A DNA stretch of 56,692 nt, filler included, from Diploschistes diacapsis (lineage: Eukaryota), in the NCBI GenBank assembly GCA_023645945.1. It is 5 parts of 5 records of this genome, joined end to end, with 100 filler letters (N's around TTAATTAATTAA, not from the genome) between each part and the next. Parts side by side here need not be neighbours in the genome. Positions count along the whole stretch, not along the records: positions 34,100 to 45,351 come from JALAIB010000847.1; positions 45,452 to 56,692 come from JALAIB010000848.1; 3 more parts are not named here. One strand, written 5' to 3'. The notes beneath the pieces are model-generated. The model was given only the letters and a program-made list of their open reading frames with translations, was not told the origin of the DNA and did not search any database. Positions within the stretch are counted from its first letter, which is position 1. Every line of letters starts with the position of its first letter. Both the position numbers and the translations under genes were made by a program. Of the stretch, positions 37,934 to 50,617 are shown one piece after another.

Positions 37934-39507
37934 GTCAAGGGACTTTGTACACAATCATGTTGCAGTTAAAAACTCCCTGCCACACAAGCATTAATCCCAA
38001 ATGGCATTTCAAACATTTCCACATAAGCCATACAAGGCCAAGCCATACCCATACCCCAACATTTTTCCATACATGCATTGTCTCCACCTACTTCCTCCAC
38101 TTTGCGACCGTAGCTTTTTTTGTCCGTAGTGTAGTCTGTCATCGATGATCGAAACAGCTAAGCCTGGAGTGACCCACGACCTTCGAAAAGCTCTGCCAGC
38201 AGTTGTCTTCACCATTTAACCATACCGCCAAAACGGGAAAGATATAACAAAATCTTGTAACCACGTAAACCGAATCACGTTTTTCCGTGATCCCACGAGC
38301 TTTTTCATTGCCTTTGATATATTGATCTGCCGCTATCCTTTCCCCCTTTTCTTTTGAGCCCCTCGAACGCCCGTTTTATCCTCTCTGGATAGCGGCTTCG
38401 TGAGAAGTAAATCATGTATATCAGCAGCTAGTTAATTAGTTAAATTTTGCACCCCTTTTCAATGTCCTTGGCTATGTCCAGACGGATTTTCGACGTCGGT
38501 CCATAACAACTTTTTCACGATCCGGCCGGGCCAATATGTATTCTCTTGGCCCGCTGTTTGTCATTCTGGGTTGTTGAAGGATCCTCTACGAAGGGCGGTT
38601 ATGGTTATATTATGGATATAACTTTCTGCTTCCAATCTTTGAGATGCTTTGTGATGCCACGTTCCAGAACATGAAATCTTGACTAGCGAGATGATTCAGG
38701 AGCACTACCTGCTCCCCCATGCTGTCCATACAAATCCTGTAGGGCTGATAATTAATCTGCGTATACGCTAAGTTATGTCCCATACAAATTTGCATGTGCA
38801 TTTCCTCAAGCTTTTCTCAAGTCATTTGGTAGCGCACGCAAGTTCATGTCACGTGATAATATCTATTATTATTTTATGTGGGTAGGGTGGGGAGTAGTAG
38901 GTGGTGCTCGGTGCTGCTGAATCATCTCGGATTTTATAATGTGCCTGCCAAGTAGTCTAGCTCGTATCTGGCTCCCACACTAATTTTGTATGTATTACAT
39001 TACACATATAAGTCTGTGTGGGACCTACTTAGCGAGTATGCAAAATAATTGTCAGCCCTATACTATCTGTATGGAGAGTGTGAGCGGAGCAGGTAGTGCT
39101 CCTAAGACAAACGGTCCACTTCCGCATTTTATGACCCGCTCGTATTGTGTGTGATTTGGTCCTGTAGTAGTAGGCCGATGTCAGCTTGTACCCCGAGCAA
39201 CATGTTCCTCCTCTATGTCTATATATAAACAAGCTTGGGATTGGTACATTACAACGCCACAAGCAATAAACAACTAGCTGCTGACAGCGGCGGAGGTATA
39301 TTCGTGGCAACCAACAGGATGAAAGGACAGGATATTGAAAGTGCTGAAGCTGGGTGGCTGCACAATGGAACTTGGGTCTAAAAATGTTAAATAAGTGATA
39401 AAGACATGCATGGACACAGTGTCTACACTCCTGCTGGCTCCTCTTTACCACGCTGGATCCCAGTCGTCTTTTATGCCTTGACGGTGACTAGGGACTGATC
39501 CAACAAA

Positions 39508-40692
39508 ATGTCCTTTAAAATCCCTTCCTACGACGCACTAAGCTAGACAAGGAGCCAATGCGGCCGCGAACGGGGGAGATGAAGGTGCTTAATCTCGGGA
39601 TGTATAGAACAGGCACACTGTGTACGCATTGCGCTCCTTCCATATTAGTCCGGTGAAACTCAGATCTCCCTAGCCATGTGAACTGCTCTCGGCATACTCG
39701 GCTACCGCGTACGAAAGCTTGACCATCCCCTCAGACCTCTCGAGTAACCTAACGGACTGACCTAGACTTACCATATGGCTGAAGCGGTCGCCGACTCTCG
39801 AACCCTGCCGCTCTGGTGCGAAGCCGTAAGGGCACACTATCTGGGCCAAGGCAAGCCATGGGGAAGAGAAGAATTCGATAAGATACTCGGCGATTATGAT
39901 GCGACTTCTGATGTTCCGTCTTGCATACTCGTCGACGAGCTACTGAAGGATATACCCGGACGCCAAGGTAATCCTAACGGAGCGCGACGTCGATAAATGG
40001 ATGGCTTCCGTGGAGAAGACACTCGGGACCGTTACGGGTTGGAAAGGGTGGGATATCGTTTCGCCTTGGCATCCGGTAAGCTTCTTTCTCCCCCCTCCTC
40101 TTTCCATCACTATAATCGCCCCTACTCTTGTTATCCCATTCCACATGGCTTTCTTCCGAACTTTTATTACATTCCACCTCATAGGCTACGGACTAAACCT
40201 CCCTTCAAAGGTCGGCGCGAGACTCTGGACCTTCCTATCCACACTCTAGCCTCCTCCTGGGCCCACGAGGAGCGAGAAACCGGCAAATCCAGGCGACAGC
40301 TCTACCTCGACCATTACGCCCGCGTCAAGGAGCTCGTTCCCCCCGAGCGCTTGCTCTGTCACGTACCCCAGAAGGGATGGGAGCCGCTGTGCAGGTTCCT
40401 CGACGAGCCGGTTCCCAAGGTGCCTTACCCGAACGTGAACAACACGGACGAATCTGCGAGTCTGCATGCACGGCTTTGGTGGATGTCCGCGGCGTTCATG
40501 GTGCTTAAGGTGGTGGTAGCGCCCGTTGCGTTAGCGGGGGCGGTGTTTTACGGATGGGCTTATCTGCCGAAAGAGATGCCGGGGGGGGTTTACGGCAGCT
40601 TCGAGCTGAGTATGTTGTGCCGCCTGTCTCGTACCGGAAAATGCTTTGGATGTCATCGTGTGGTTGTCACGGTAGGAAGGGTAAAAGACTGA
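39508..40692 (+). pseudogene. Fungal P-loop sulfotransferase-family protein, disrupted
   Basis: Fragments MKVLNLGMYRTGT|.AM*TALGILGY|TYHM..EEFDKILGDYDATSDVP..(frameshift)YPDAKVILTERDVDKWMAS..HYARVKELVPPERLL..GWEPLCRFLDEPVPKVPYPNVN. It has a TGA at ~39679 and frameshifts at ~39541 and ~39952. Confidence 0.8.
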
Positions 40693-41361
40693 GTGTGGGC
40701 CACAGCATGTTCCGTGCCTGAGGACATAAAGTTGTAGGTAGTTTCTTGTATAGATATCGTACTAGTGAGTAATAATGACGAGCACAGTCTGGGCTATAGT
40801 GTGCTTTTAAAACCCCCTTCAGACTGCTGTCTGAATATGTATAGGTGGACCAAGTAGAAGAGAAAAGAGGATGCTGTCTTGGCGCCAAGCCACCAATGCC
40901 AAGAAAGGCAAGAAATGGCAAGTAACCCCTGAGAAAGGGAGCTATATCAGTTCAAGTACATTGCGTTAGCAAATCACCGAAACAAGGTTTATATATCGAA
41001 GCCAAAGCGAATGAAGATGTTTGTATGGGTAGTTAGATTGGCAAGCTGTCTGTCTACGCAATATTCCTCTAAAATGAACACATGCAACAAGCCCATCGTA
41101 TCAAACATCCAACCAATCCCTCCCAGGGCTATCCTTTCCTTAGCTAACCAATAGTAATAAATGTATGGTTAGCCCAGTACTTCGGTGAAAATTTGCATAC
41201 ATTACACCTTCTTCTTCCGCCCAACGTTTCGCTTGGGAACGTCAAGATCTTCCCCCTTTTGTCTCTTCGACGGTCCATGCTCGAGCTTAGCCGCGGAACC
41301 TTCACGTCTATCGTCAGTTCGTGTCTGAGCAGCCTTCCTCGGCGGCGGCGTTATGTTGGCT

Positions 41362-43350
41362 CTAGGAAGTATGGGGGCTCACACGGTCTACTCCGAATTC
41401 AGTCTCGTCAAAGGCTTCGTTCTGGCTAGGGACAACGGGAGTGTGAGCCGATTTGGCAGCTTGCTGGCTGGACTGGGTCAGGGAACGGACTTCTTTTCTG
41501 GGCCTGCCGCGACGGCGGGTCGTAGATGGTGCTATACCAGGTGGAGTGATCACTGTGTCCGTGGAACCTGGAGTGTCCTGAGCGGTTGCGGATTGCAAAG
41601 GAGCCGATTGGCTGCTTCCGACCTGCTTTGGAGCATTCGGTGCTTCGAAATGATTTGTAGAATTATCCGCTGTCACAGCATCGGCTGTATTCTGAGTGGT
41701 CGAGCGCTGTGGGGACGAAGATACTTGGATGTTCTCGAGCCGGCTATTTGCCCCAGGTGCTTTGCCATCCATTGGTTGTGGAGGTACGACCGAACTGCTG
41801 ACAGTAGGTGGAGCTCGTGCGCGTTGCGGAGAAGAAATTACTTGCTTCGCGTCTTGTGTACCCGTATAGGGGGTTTCACTTTGACGCAGAGGGGTTGGGG
41901 TGCGTGAACAACCGTTGGTATGCCCACGGGTTTGGCTTCGTGGTCGAGATGGAGTCTGACAGGTAATCGCAGGATGACCACAGGCCTGAGGGTTTTGAGC
42001 CTGATCCACCGATTTAGGTATTTCACCGCTTCTAGGAACTGGCAAATCTGGGCCGCTTTCTGCACTTGGGCTTGGATGGCTTTTACCATAGCCGGAGCCT
42101 CGAAACTGATGTGGGCCATCAGTGGTATCCCTAAAGCGCCGTTTTGGCACAGGTAGATTCGGATATTGAACATTCAGGTCTGACTTGGTGGGCTGATTGA
42201 CCTCAGCTTGTTGAATGGAGGCGAGTCCTGGGGGCGGAAGTTTAGAAAAAGCTACAGTCTTGCGAACATTACGTCCCAGTCGTATATACCCCCATTTCGG
42301 AGCCGTTTGGTTGACAATGACACTTTCGTCCGGACACGACATATTGAGTTGACTTTGACGGGATTGATCAATAGCATTGTTCTGATATGAGAAGATGGCA
42401 CAACGCGGATCACGTAGGCCATGATCAACTGCTTTGTCAGATGTGGACGCTGGAATGTCCTGCTGGCTCATGATCGGTTGATCTGGTAGGCGCGTTTGTC
42501 CAGAGTTGGTGAGAAGATGCAGCGGGACCTTTTGCTGATGCGTGTGATGGGTTGGATAGGCTGGTTGAATCGGATGGCTTGGATAGATCGAGCGCTGAAA
42601 ACTGCCCCGAAGAGGCGGCGGCGGGTTGATTAGTGGATTCTCAGCACCATCATATGGATCTCTATAGCTGCTACCAGCCATGAAAACACCCTGTCCGATG
42701 GAACCTCGAAGTTCCTCCTCTCTCTGCAGTAAGTCAGGACTGTGTTGTGACGGAGCGCCTAAAAGAAGATTTGGGGGGTCCCGGGTGTCTTCAGCAGATA
42801 CAGGTTGGCCATAATAGTCTTGCCATCCATGGACATTGCGGAAATAGCTATCGTCGCTTGGAGTTGCCAGTTGCAACGCAAGCGGGATTTCACATTGATT
42901 GTACAATGCCTCAGACTTCCCTCTTCGCACAGCATGGACTCTACCAGGAGGCTGAACTGGGGGTAAGGTGTTTTGGTGATCTACCACGTCAGTTCTGTGA
43001 GGATGCGGGAACCATCGTAGGGCGAGATCTTGGCCATGCTGTGTGTTACCATACGCTGGAATGACTGAGTGGAGTTCTCCTTGCGCCCTTGTTTGAGATT
43101 CGAATGCGCCATGAAACCTCGAGGCAGCAGGGTTCTGCGTTGCTAGAGTGTCACCACTGCTCTGTACATTCACGGGAGCTAGATAAATCTCATTGGTAGG
43201 ATCATCAGATCTGGTGTTCGTGTCTCGAGACTTTGTTGAGTGCATACCACCGCGGGCAACATGCGCACTTCGACTTCGACGCCGTTGCTCGTGCTCTTTG
43301 ATATCAATGAAGTTATTCTCAAGAGCAGTATTAGAAGATGCGTTAGCCAT
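41362..43350 (-). CDS. Hypothetical disordered protein with AT-hook motif
   Basis: An open frame of ~660 codons, P/Q/S/T-rich, with RRRGRPRK near the C-terminus. No other recognisable domain, and the start is uncertain. Confidence 0.6.
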   Translation of the reverse strand: MANASSNTALENNFIDIKEHEQRRRSRSAHVARGGMHSTKSRDTNTRSDDPTNEIYLAPVNVQSSGDTLATQNPAASRFHGAFESQTRAQGELHSVIPAYGNTQHGQDLALRWFPHPHRTDVVDHQNTLPPVQPPGRVHAVRRGKSEALYNQCEIPLALQLATPSDDSYFRNVHGWQDYYGQPVSAEDTRDPPNLLLGAPSQHSPDLLQREEELRGSIGQGVFMAGSSYRDPYDGAENPLINPPPPLRGSFQRSIYPSHPIQPAYPTHHTHQQKVPLHLLTNSGQTRLPDQPIMSQQDIPASTSDKAVDHGLRDPRCAIFSYQNNAIDQSRQSQLNMSCPDESVIVNQTAPKWGYIRLGRNVRKTVAFSKLPPPGLASIQQAEVNQPTKSDLNVQYPNLPVPKRRFRDTTDGPHQFRGSGYGKSHPSPSAESGPDLPVPRSGEIPKSVDQAQNPQACGHPAITCQTPSRPRSQTRGHTNGCSRTPTPLRQSETPYTGTQDAKQVISSPQRARAPPTVSSSVVPPQPMDGKAPGANSRLENIQVSSSPQRSTTQNTADAVTADNSTNHFEAPNAPKQVGSSQSAPLQSATAQDTPGSTDTVITPPGIAPSTTRRRGRPRKEVRSLTQSSQQAAKSAHTPVVPSQNEAFDETEFGVDRVSPHTS

Positions 43351-45351
43351 CTTGCCTTTCAAAAGCTGGTGTCGGTGATTTTCTTATGGTACAGTTGACA
43401 GAGACATGTATGTGCAAGGGCCTTATAGAGTGTGGTGGATACCATGGCGATGTTATATCAGTGTTAAAAATTCCTGTAGCTGCTTTAACGATTCACAAAC
43501 CTGAACAGGTATGTTAGCAAATTCCTTCTTTGAACCCAATTCTTCACCTTTAGTGTGTTCATGGATGAGAGACAAGGGTTGCACTCTTCTTCGGGCACAT
43601 GTTTGTGTTCCTGCTTCAAGGAGCGCATCCTCACCTGAGTTATTAAGAAATCCACTTCATGTTGCCATTTTTGTGAAAATAAAGGAAAGTAAAAGCAAAC
43701 AATTCTCATTGGAACGCAAGTGCTTCTCCTTTTTGTTCGATAATATCTTATCCAGCAAGTTTTCTAGACACTCCCCAGACTAGCCATAAACAGAAATCAA
43801 GCTCGATACTTTACAGCCAACGGTTGGAAGACCATGTTAAACTATGGCCAAGAGGGATTATTGTTTGGTATGCAGTATGCCTTGCTTCTAGAGCTTCTTA
43901 CTTTTCCAGAACGAGGGTATCAAGACACTCACAGCGGCCTAAACTGACGATCTCACTTCAACGCATCATACATGGAGGTCAATAAAGCTTCCAGCCTAAA
44001 GCTGCTCTGGTCGACTCCAAAGCTGACTGATTCAGCGAAATAGAACCTATATCTCTAGTCCTTCGTGGAAACAGGCAGACATCCTTGGACAGTAGTATAC
44101 CGAGCACCTTCACAGCTGGACCAGAGCGCCTAAGTGACGGACATTTGAACAATGCCACTCTCAAACCCTCTGCAAGAGGTTGGCCAGCCACATGCAGGTA
44201 TAATGATCGAGAAGTATAAGAATACGAACAAGCGACATGCAGTTGCCGTGAACCGAAAACATGATACATAAAGAAGAGAATATATAGTATCAAAACAAGA
44301 TTGGAAAACTTATAAGGACTAGTATACCTATTATGCTCCCGCTCTTCATGCCTGCAAGGTCACATGAAGTTCCAGATACAGGGACTCTGATGAGTTTGAA
44401 GAGCACTCCGCAGATACCATAAGCTCTCTGGAGATATGAAAGTAATACTTCAACCTTCCAGCTGAAACTCGTCGCATGAGTGTTCGGTTTACCTAGTTAA
44501 AACTCATAAGGGATCTTTCACAAGGTAGAATGAGGTTAGGTTTTCACGCTTGTCCAAATGCGGTTTCCGCCAAGTCTTGGAGTTTATACTGAAAGGGCAT
44601 CGAGGCATCGCGCCAGCATCAATAACATCCCATAGCGAGATCATAGTCCAGCTGTTCGACAGTGGGCGTACTGAGAATGGTGCTCTGCAACTATGCGGAT
44701 ACTTCGAAAGGCACCGTGGTACCGTCGGGATGCGGCAGCCACAGCTTTACGCAAGACACAAGATGGGACAAGCCCGGCGTCGATACTGCAGGATTGCAGG
44801 ATTAATGCCTTAGACTTCACTGAAATGGCTCACGGAGTCTAGCGTCTAACAAAAAAAGAATCCTATCTAGTAAGTTCTATTTAGCGTTCAAAATGGGCGA
44901 TCAATTGTCTGCATATGTCCTTCGCTTTCCCGGAAACGGTCACTTCATCCATTGTTTCCTCCTTCCTGCACTTTTCCACATTTGAGCTGCTCCAAGGAGC
45001 CCACAAACTTCGGACTATCACTTGATGGATCTGGCTCTATTTCTCTTCAGTTTCCAATAAATGCTAGTCATCATCACTCCAACATCAGACCTACATTCCC
45101 GCATCCGCCTTCAGCCACCCTCACACATTCTCCCTCATATACGTTGAGAATGTATTTCCCTCCCCTCCACAATCTCCCCCGCGGCGGTCCTCCCACTCAA
45201 ACCCTCAGCACTCTCACAAGAATGACCACCAAGGCCCTCACCCTCAACCGCCGCACCCAAGCGCCCTCCGCACCTTCAAGCTCAAGCTCCAACCCACTCC
45301 TGACCTTCCTAGTCCGCAATGCTTCCTCCCCTCCCACACCACCTTCCCCCC

Positions 45352-45451
45352 NNNNNNNNNNNNNNNNNNNNNNNNNNNNNNNNNNNNNNNNNNNNTTAAT
45401 TAATTAANNNNNNNNNNNNNNNNNNNNNNNNNNNNNNNNNNNNNNNNNNNN
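45352..45451. other. Artificial contig linker
   Basis: Ns + TTAATTAATTAA. Confidence 0.99.
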
Positions 45452-46835
45452 GACGGGGACGGGGGAGGGGTTTCTCGTAGTCGAGCGCGTCCGCTTTTGA
45501 TTCGGGCTTCGGCGGGGGCTTCTGTACATGCACCAGATGCGCCGTGTCCCTCCGCTGCGGATGCGGCTGTTCGATCAGCAGTGTCGGAACTAGCGGATCG
45601 GGTTTTAGCGAGCTTGCTACTAAGTTTTCAAAGGACTTGTAGTGCTGAAAATTGGCAAACTGCGAAGGACGATATGGCGTGACCGAGTCCATGTTAGATT
45701 GAAGTGACGAGCGGCGGCAAACATCAAGCCCTGGAGGTGATGTTTGTAAGTGTGGTGAGGTTTGGGTTGAGCGCGGGGGAGGCGACAACGGTTGAGGTGG
45801 ATTCCAGAGATTTCTCGAGGGTCCATTCTCAGTGATGTTGAAACCCACCTGCTTTTTGTTTTTCCGACATCCGCTGTCGGACTCCTTGATGTAATATTCC
45901 TGGATTATGGTCTGGTCCGCAGAATACGGAAGAAAGCTTGGCATGCTTCGCTGGGTCCGACTGAGCTTGTTGCGCTCCTCTGGCCGACCCAGTAGCTGTC
46001 TGTCGAATTCTTCGTGTTCTGGTGGGAGTGACAAGTCATTCAAGTCGTCGGGGTTAGGAGGCGTGTTGACGATGATGCCAACGTTGTTTATATACTCCCA
46101 CCTGTCCATAATCCACTCGTCCCATAACTGTATTGGAACAGTTCCGCCGACATATGTACCATCCGGGTTCTTGAATCTAAAGTCCACAAGGCGGTGTAGA
46201 CCCGGCACTATAGCTTCGTATGGCTCAACCGCGACCGCGAGTGAAAGCTCTGCGTCGTAGCTCACTTTCTGCATCGTAAAATAGAAATCAGTTTGGAAAC
46301 GGCGAAGTACGCAAGTTTGGCAGGCCAACTTATGCTCGCCGAAATCCTCAAGACGCTCTTCTGCAGATGAAGGAACGGTTCCGGTATCGATATTGCCTTC
46401 GAAGAAGCCCTTGCACACGGCTAGATAAGATCGGTCCTTGTTCTCCTTTGCGTAAGGGCGTTCCTGCGTCCAGATGTCGAGGTCTCCATTCGAGCAGTTG
46501 TGGTCACATGGCGCTGGTATCATATCCGAGGGCGTATAATGACCGCATCCTAGCAGCTTGTGGGAATTTTGCCTACACCCGTCAGTAGAAGTTTCGGAGT
46601 CCTCTCCATCAGGAACCAGCAGACCCAAGACTTCGAAAAGCTCCAATTCCTTTTTGAGCTCCCTTAAGCTTGCCTGGGAACTGTTAAGCTCTTGACGTAC
46701 CAGTTGCTTTCCGACATCTAGTTTCGCTTCCTTTACAAGATCTCGCAACTCGGGCTCCAGGCCGTGAAGGTAGCGCTTCTTCTCTTTCCCCCTCTCGTTG
46801 ACCGTCAGTAGCTTCTGGAGTAGCGAGGGGCCCAT
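45452..46835 (-). CDS. Hypothetical protein with Cys/His cluster; 3' end off-contig
   Basis: An open frame of more than 460 codons from MGPSLLQK, containing CRQNSHKLLGCGH..PCDHNC..LACQTC and a Pro-rich tail. Confidence 0.6.
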
Positions 46836-47861
46836 GATGTTAGGGTTTTTGCTGCGGTATCTCGTTTGTGTAAGTAGATGCAAGCGATACGCTTCTCACA
46901 GAAGTTCGGTGCAAGTGTTTGATGAAGGAAGGACAGGCATGATAGGCTTTAAAGCGAGAAATTGAGAACAAAAGGATTCATTTGCGAACAATGACTGGCA
47001 TGGAGGAATGGCTGGTCGCACATTGCCTTTGTCACGCTTGACAATGGACCGCAGAGAGTACCATTGTTCCCATGTATTACTGCTTCTTATTGTAGGCACA
47101 GATTTTTCACGGCACATCGTCCCAACCGATCAATACCCTATACCTTTGCGAAAAGCATTATGTGCGATACGGTAGCCTCGAAATGTATCAGAAGGAGAAA
47201 CGCTTGGAAAGACTAGAAAACCCAGTGCAACAAAAGAAGCAATAGCATAAGAGACATTGACCACAAAACCTAGAAACCGCGCATTGCAAGGACAATCCAT
47301 GTTAAAAGGAAATGCCTTGCATGCTCAAAATCACAGAATATGCAACGTGTCTCGGGGAGCTGAGACTGTCTTTAGGTGCCATAGTTTGCACAGTCGATGT
47401 AGAGAGGATGCGTGTCCATCTCCGAGCATGGAGCCAGTAGCAAATCTTCGACTCTGCATCGCAAACTGGAGATAATATTGTGCGAAGTAGGTAGTAGGTT
47501 GGCTTCTCTATTCACGGCTTAGAAACAGGAACAGGTCTGACATGATGTCATGTACGACAGGGCTTGCAAAATCATATCACAAGGGTCGATAACAACCCCC
47601 TAACAAACCTGCCCCTTTAGGTGGATGATACATTTCGCTCCAGTTGAAGTTCATTCTCCATTGATTTCTCCTGCATTATTTGGATATGGTAGCTATCGTA
47701 ATCTCAGGTTTGCAAAGCGCAAGCAGATACTTCCTCCTTCCCCTTTCGCCCGGGCTAGCTCGTATGAACACATTATCCGGATATTTTTCTAACCCTCTCT
47801 CCCGCTCAACTTCCTGGTCTTTGTTACAAGCAGATTTTAAATAATTAGACGCCCCGTTAGC

Positions 47862-49574
47862 CTAGAACATTGGTCCACCGAGACGAATGTTGACCGTCTT
47901 CGTCTGCGTGTAGTTGGCCAACGCAGCCTCTCCGAGCTCGCGTCCGATACCGCTCTCCTTGTAGCCACCGAAGGGTAGCTGGTGGTGGAGCAGGTTGTAG
48001 TTGTTGATCCAAACTGTGCCGGCGCGTAGGGCGTTGCTGACTTCAATGGCGGTGTTGATGTTGGTTGTGTGGACGGCAGCGGCAAGACCGTAGGTGCTGT
48101 GGTTGCCAACCTTGATAGCGTCCGCAGTGGTCTTGAACTTGGCAATGGAGCATACGGGGCCGAAAATCTCCTCCTGCATTATCTTCATGTCCTCACTGAC
48201 GTTGCTGAAGATGGTGGGTTGGATGAAGTAGCCTTCGTTCCCGTGTCGCTCGCCACCAATCTCGACCTTGGCGCCCGCCTTCTTGCCTTCGTCAATGTAG
48301 CTGTTGATACGATCAGTATCATTCAGTATGAGATACGATGTAGAAAAAGAAACTCACTTCATGATGCGATCGAACTGCAGTTGCGAGATTTGTGGGCCTT
48401 GGAACGTCTGAGGCTCGTGGGGTGCGCCAACCACGTTCTTCTTTGTGCGCTCCTTGAAGGCCTCTAGGAACTTGTCGTAGATGCCTTCCTGCACATAGAC
48501 GCGTGAACCAGCGCAGCAGCACTGACCGTGGTTGAAGTAGATGCCGAAGTTGACCCATGAGATGGCCTGCTCGATGTCTGCGTCATCAAAGACGATGTTG
48601 GGGCTCTTGCCTCCAAGCTCCAGAGTAATCTTCTTCATGTTCGAGCTTGCGGCGGCCTTCATGATGGAGCGGCCTACGACGGTGCTGCCGGTGAAGGCAA
48701 TCTTGTCGACATCCATGTGTGCAGCGAGGGCGGCACCGGCCGTTTTGCCGTAGCCGCAGATGATGTTGATGACCCCGGGCGGGAATCCAGCCTCCTTGAT
48801 CAGCTTACCCATGTAGAGTCCGGAAAGTGGGGTCTGCTCGGCGACCTTCATGACGACGGTGTTACCGCAGGCGATGGCGGGGCCAATCTTCCAGGCCCAC
48901 ATGAGCAGTGGGAAATTCCATGGAATGATCTGACCGCAAACACCAATCTGAAGCTGGTAAGAAAACGGATTAAAGCCGCTTTATACTTGAAGGGCTTACC
49001 GGCTCCTGCTTTGTGTACGCGAGGGTCTCGGGATTTGTGTCAACGACCTTGCCCTCAATCTTGTCGGCCCATCCTCCGTAGTACCTGATGCAGTTGTAGC
49101 TGTTTGGTACGTCGGCCATTTCCGCTATGCTCTTCGCCTTGCCGTTGTCGAGGGATTCGATAGCAGCAATGGTCTTGGCGTCTCGCTCCATAAGGTCGGC
49201 CAGGTTGGTCATGTATCGGCCTCGCTGCTGAGGGGTAATAGTTCTCCACTCGCCTTCGAAGGCCTTTCGTGCGGCTGAGACTGCAACGTCGACATCCTTC
49301 TCGGTTGCCTCATGTACGGAGCAGATGACCTTCTCATTTGTCGGGTTAATAGTATCGATTGTCTTGCCGTCAACACCCTTAACGAACTCATTGTTGATGA
49401 AACTGTAGGGTGTCAGATGTAGATTCAGGAGGTAGAAGATCAGGGTGTATGTAGGAGCTGACGAGCTGCCTCAACGTAGAATCAGTAAAGGAGGTTTATC
49501 ATGACGTACAGTCCGGTAGGCTGCTCAACGCTGCCGCCACCAGGGAACTCCAGAGTGGTGTGGACTGCGGACAT
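47862..49574 (-). CDS. aldA: Aldehyde dehydrogenase (4 exons)
   Basis: Motifs are [44 protein letters not shown] (catalytic Glu), GQCCCAGSR (catalytic Cys), EEIFGPV and [15 protein letters not shown]. Confidence 0.95.
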
Positions 49575-50617
49575 GGTGACTGTACTTGAGCGTATGGATA
49601 GGTGTGGAATGCTTTAGTAGGCTTGCTGAAGCCAACAGGGTATTTCGCAAGGTGTAATTGAAGAAAGGGGGGATGGACGAGGATAGAGGAAGATATTTAC
49701 GTGCAAACCTTAGTGAGGCGGGGTTCTTGGATTCTTGATGACTCGGGCACAGAAAAGTGTCTGCATAGTCGTAAGTGAGATCACCTTAACTTCATTTGCA
49801 CCAGATTCACCCTACACCTTCACTTGATTGGAGGTTGGGGGGGTCGTTAGTGGCGAATGTCGTGGGGTTTACAACGTATGATGATGCTCCCACCATGAAC
49901 CCCGCATTAGTCAAGTTACTCTGGTAGGTAGGTAGTATGTAGATGGTTTTTGTTTAGTACACGTCTAGTTAGTTGACGTTGCGACTAATACTAAAGTATT
50001 TGGCGGCCCTATGGAGGAAGGGGAGGAGGGGAAAACTGCCAGTGCTACTGCCACTGCTCTGGCTGAACACCTACTAATCCCATCAGCTAGGATATCCGTT
50101 GCTTTTCCTTTCCTTTCCCTTCACCAAATACCCTTTGCGGGAACTTGCCAAGCTCTATTTCCGCTCGCCCAAGCTCTGCCATTTGTTACACACTGACAAG
50201 CTCGTCGATTTCTGGAAGTGGCTTCCAGCAATCGCCCGTGTCGTTCCTTTCCTCTAGCTGTAGAATAAAACATATCCAAGCAAGGGCAAGGGCATATCCG
50301 ATGTGACTCCTGATACTGAGCGACCCATCGGCGCAATAGGCAATCATTATACCGTTGTTTAACGCTTTGGGCACTTCATGTTCCAAAGGCATCCTCAGCG
50401 GATCAACCTGCAAATCAGGGTGGACCCCAGAAATTCATTGACTCTTAGGTCTTTGAATTTCTTCGATCGCTGTTCTTTGGGACAAGCATTCAAGCAGGAA
50501 CGGGCTGCATGCATGCGCAGGGAGTCGCAGCAGTAGCACTAAGTGGCGAGCTTGTAAGCCTCGCCTTGATCGCTTAGGGCCAGAAGTTGAGCCTCTCCAC
50601 TACCGACATTGGCCAAG

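Noticed and set aside
38973..39023. Hairpin TCCCACAC...GTGTGGGA as a milRNA or TE end
   Set aside because: Only an 8-bp perfect stem with poor internal pairing, which is plausible by chance in 56 kb.
11285..45451. Regularly spaced (~11.35 kb) TTAATTAATTAA repeats, and ORFs running into Ns
   Set aside because: These are artificial linkers between length-sorted contigs. The periodicity, the X-containing ORF ends and any cross-linker gene neighbourhood (e.g. rvt with the PKS cluster) are artefacts.
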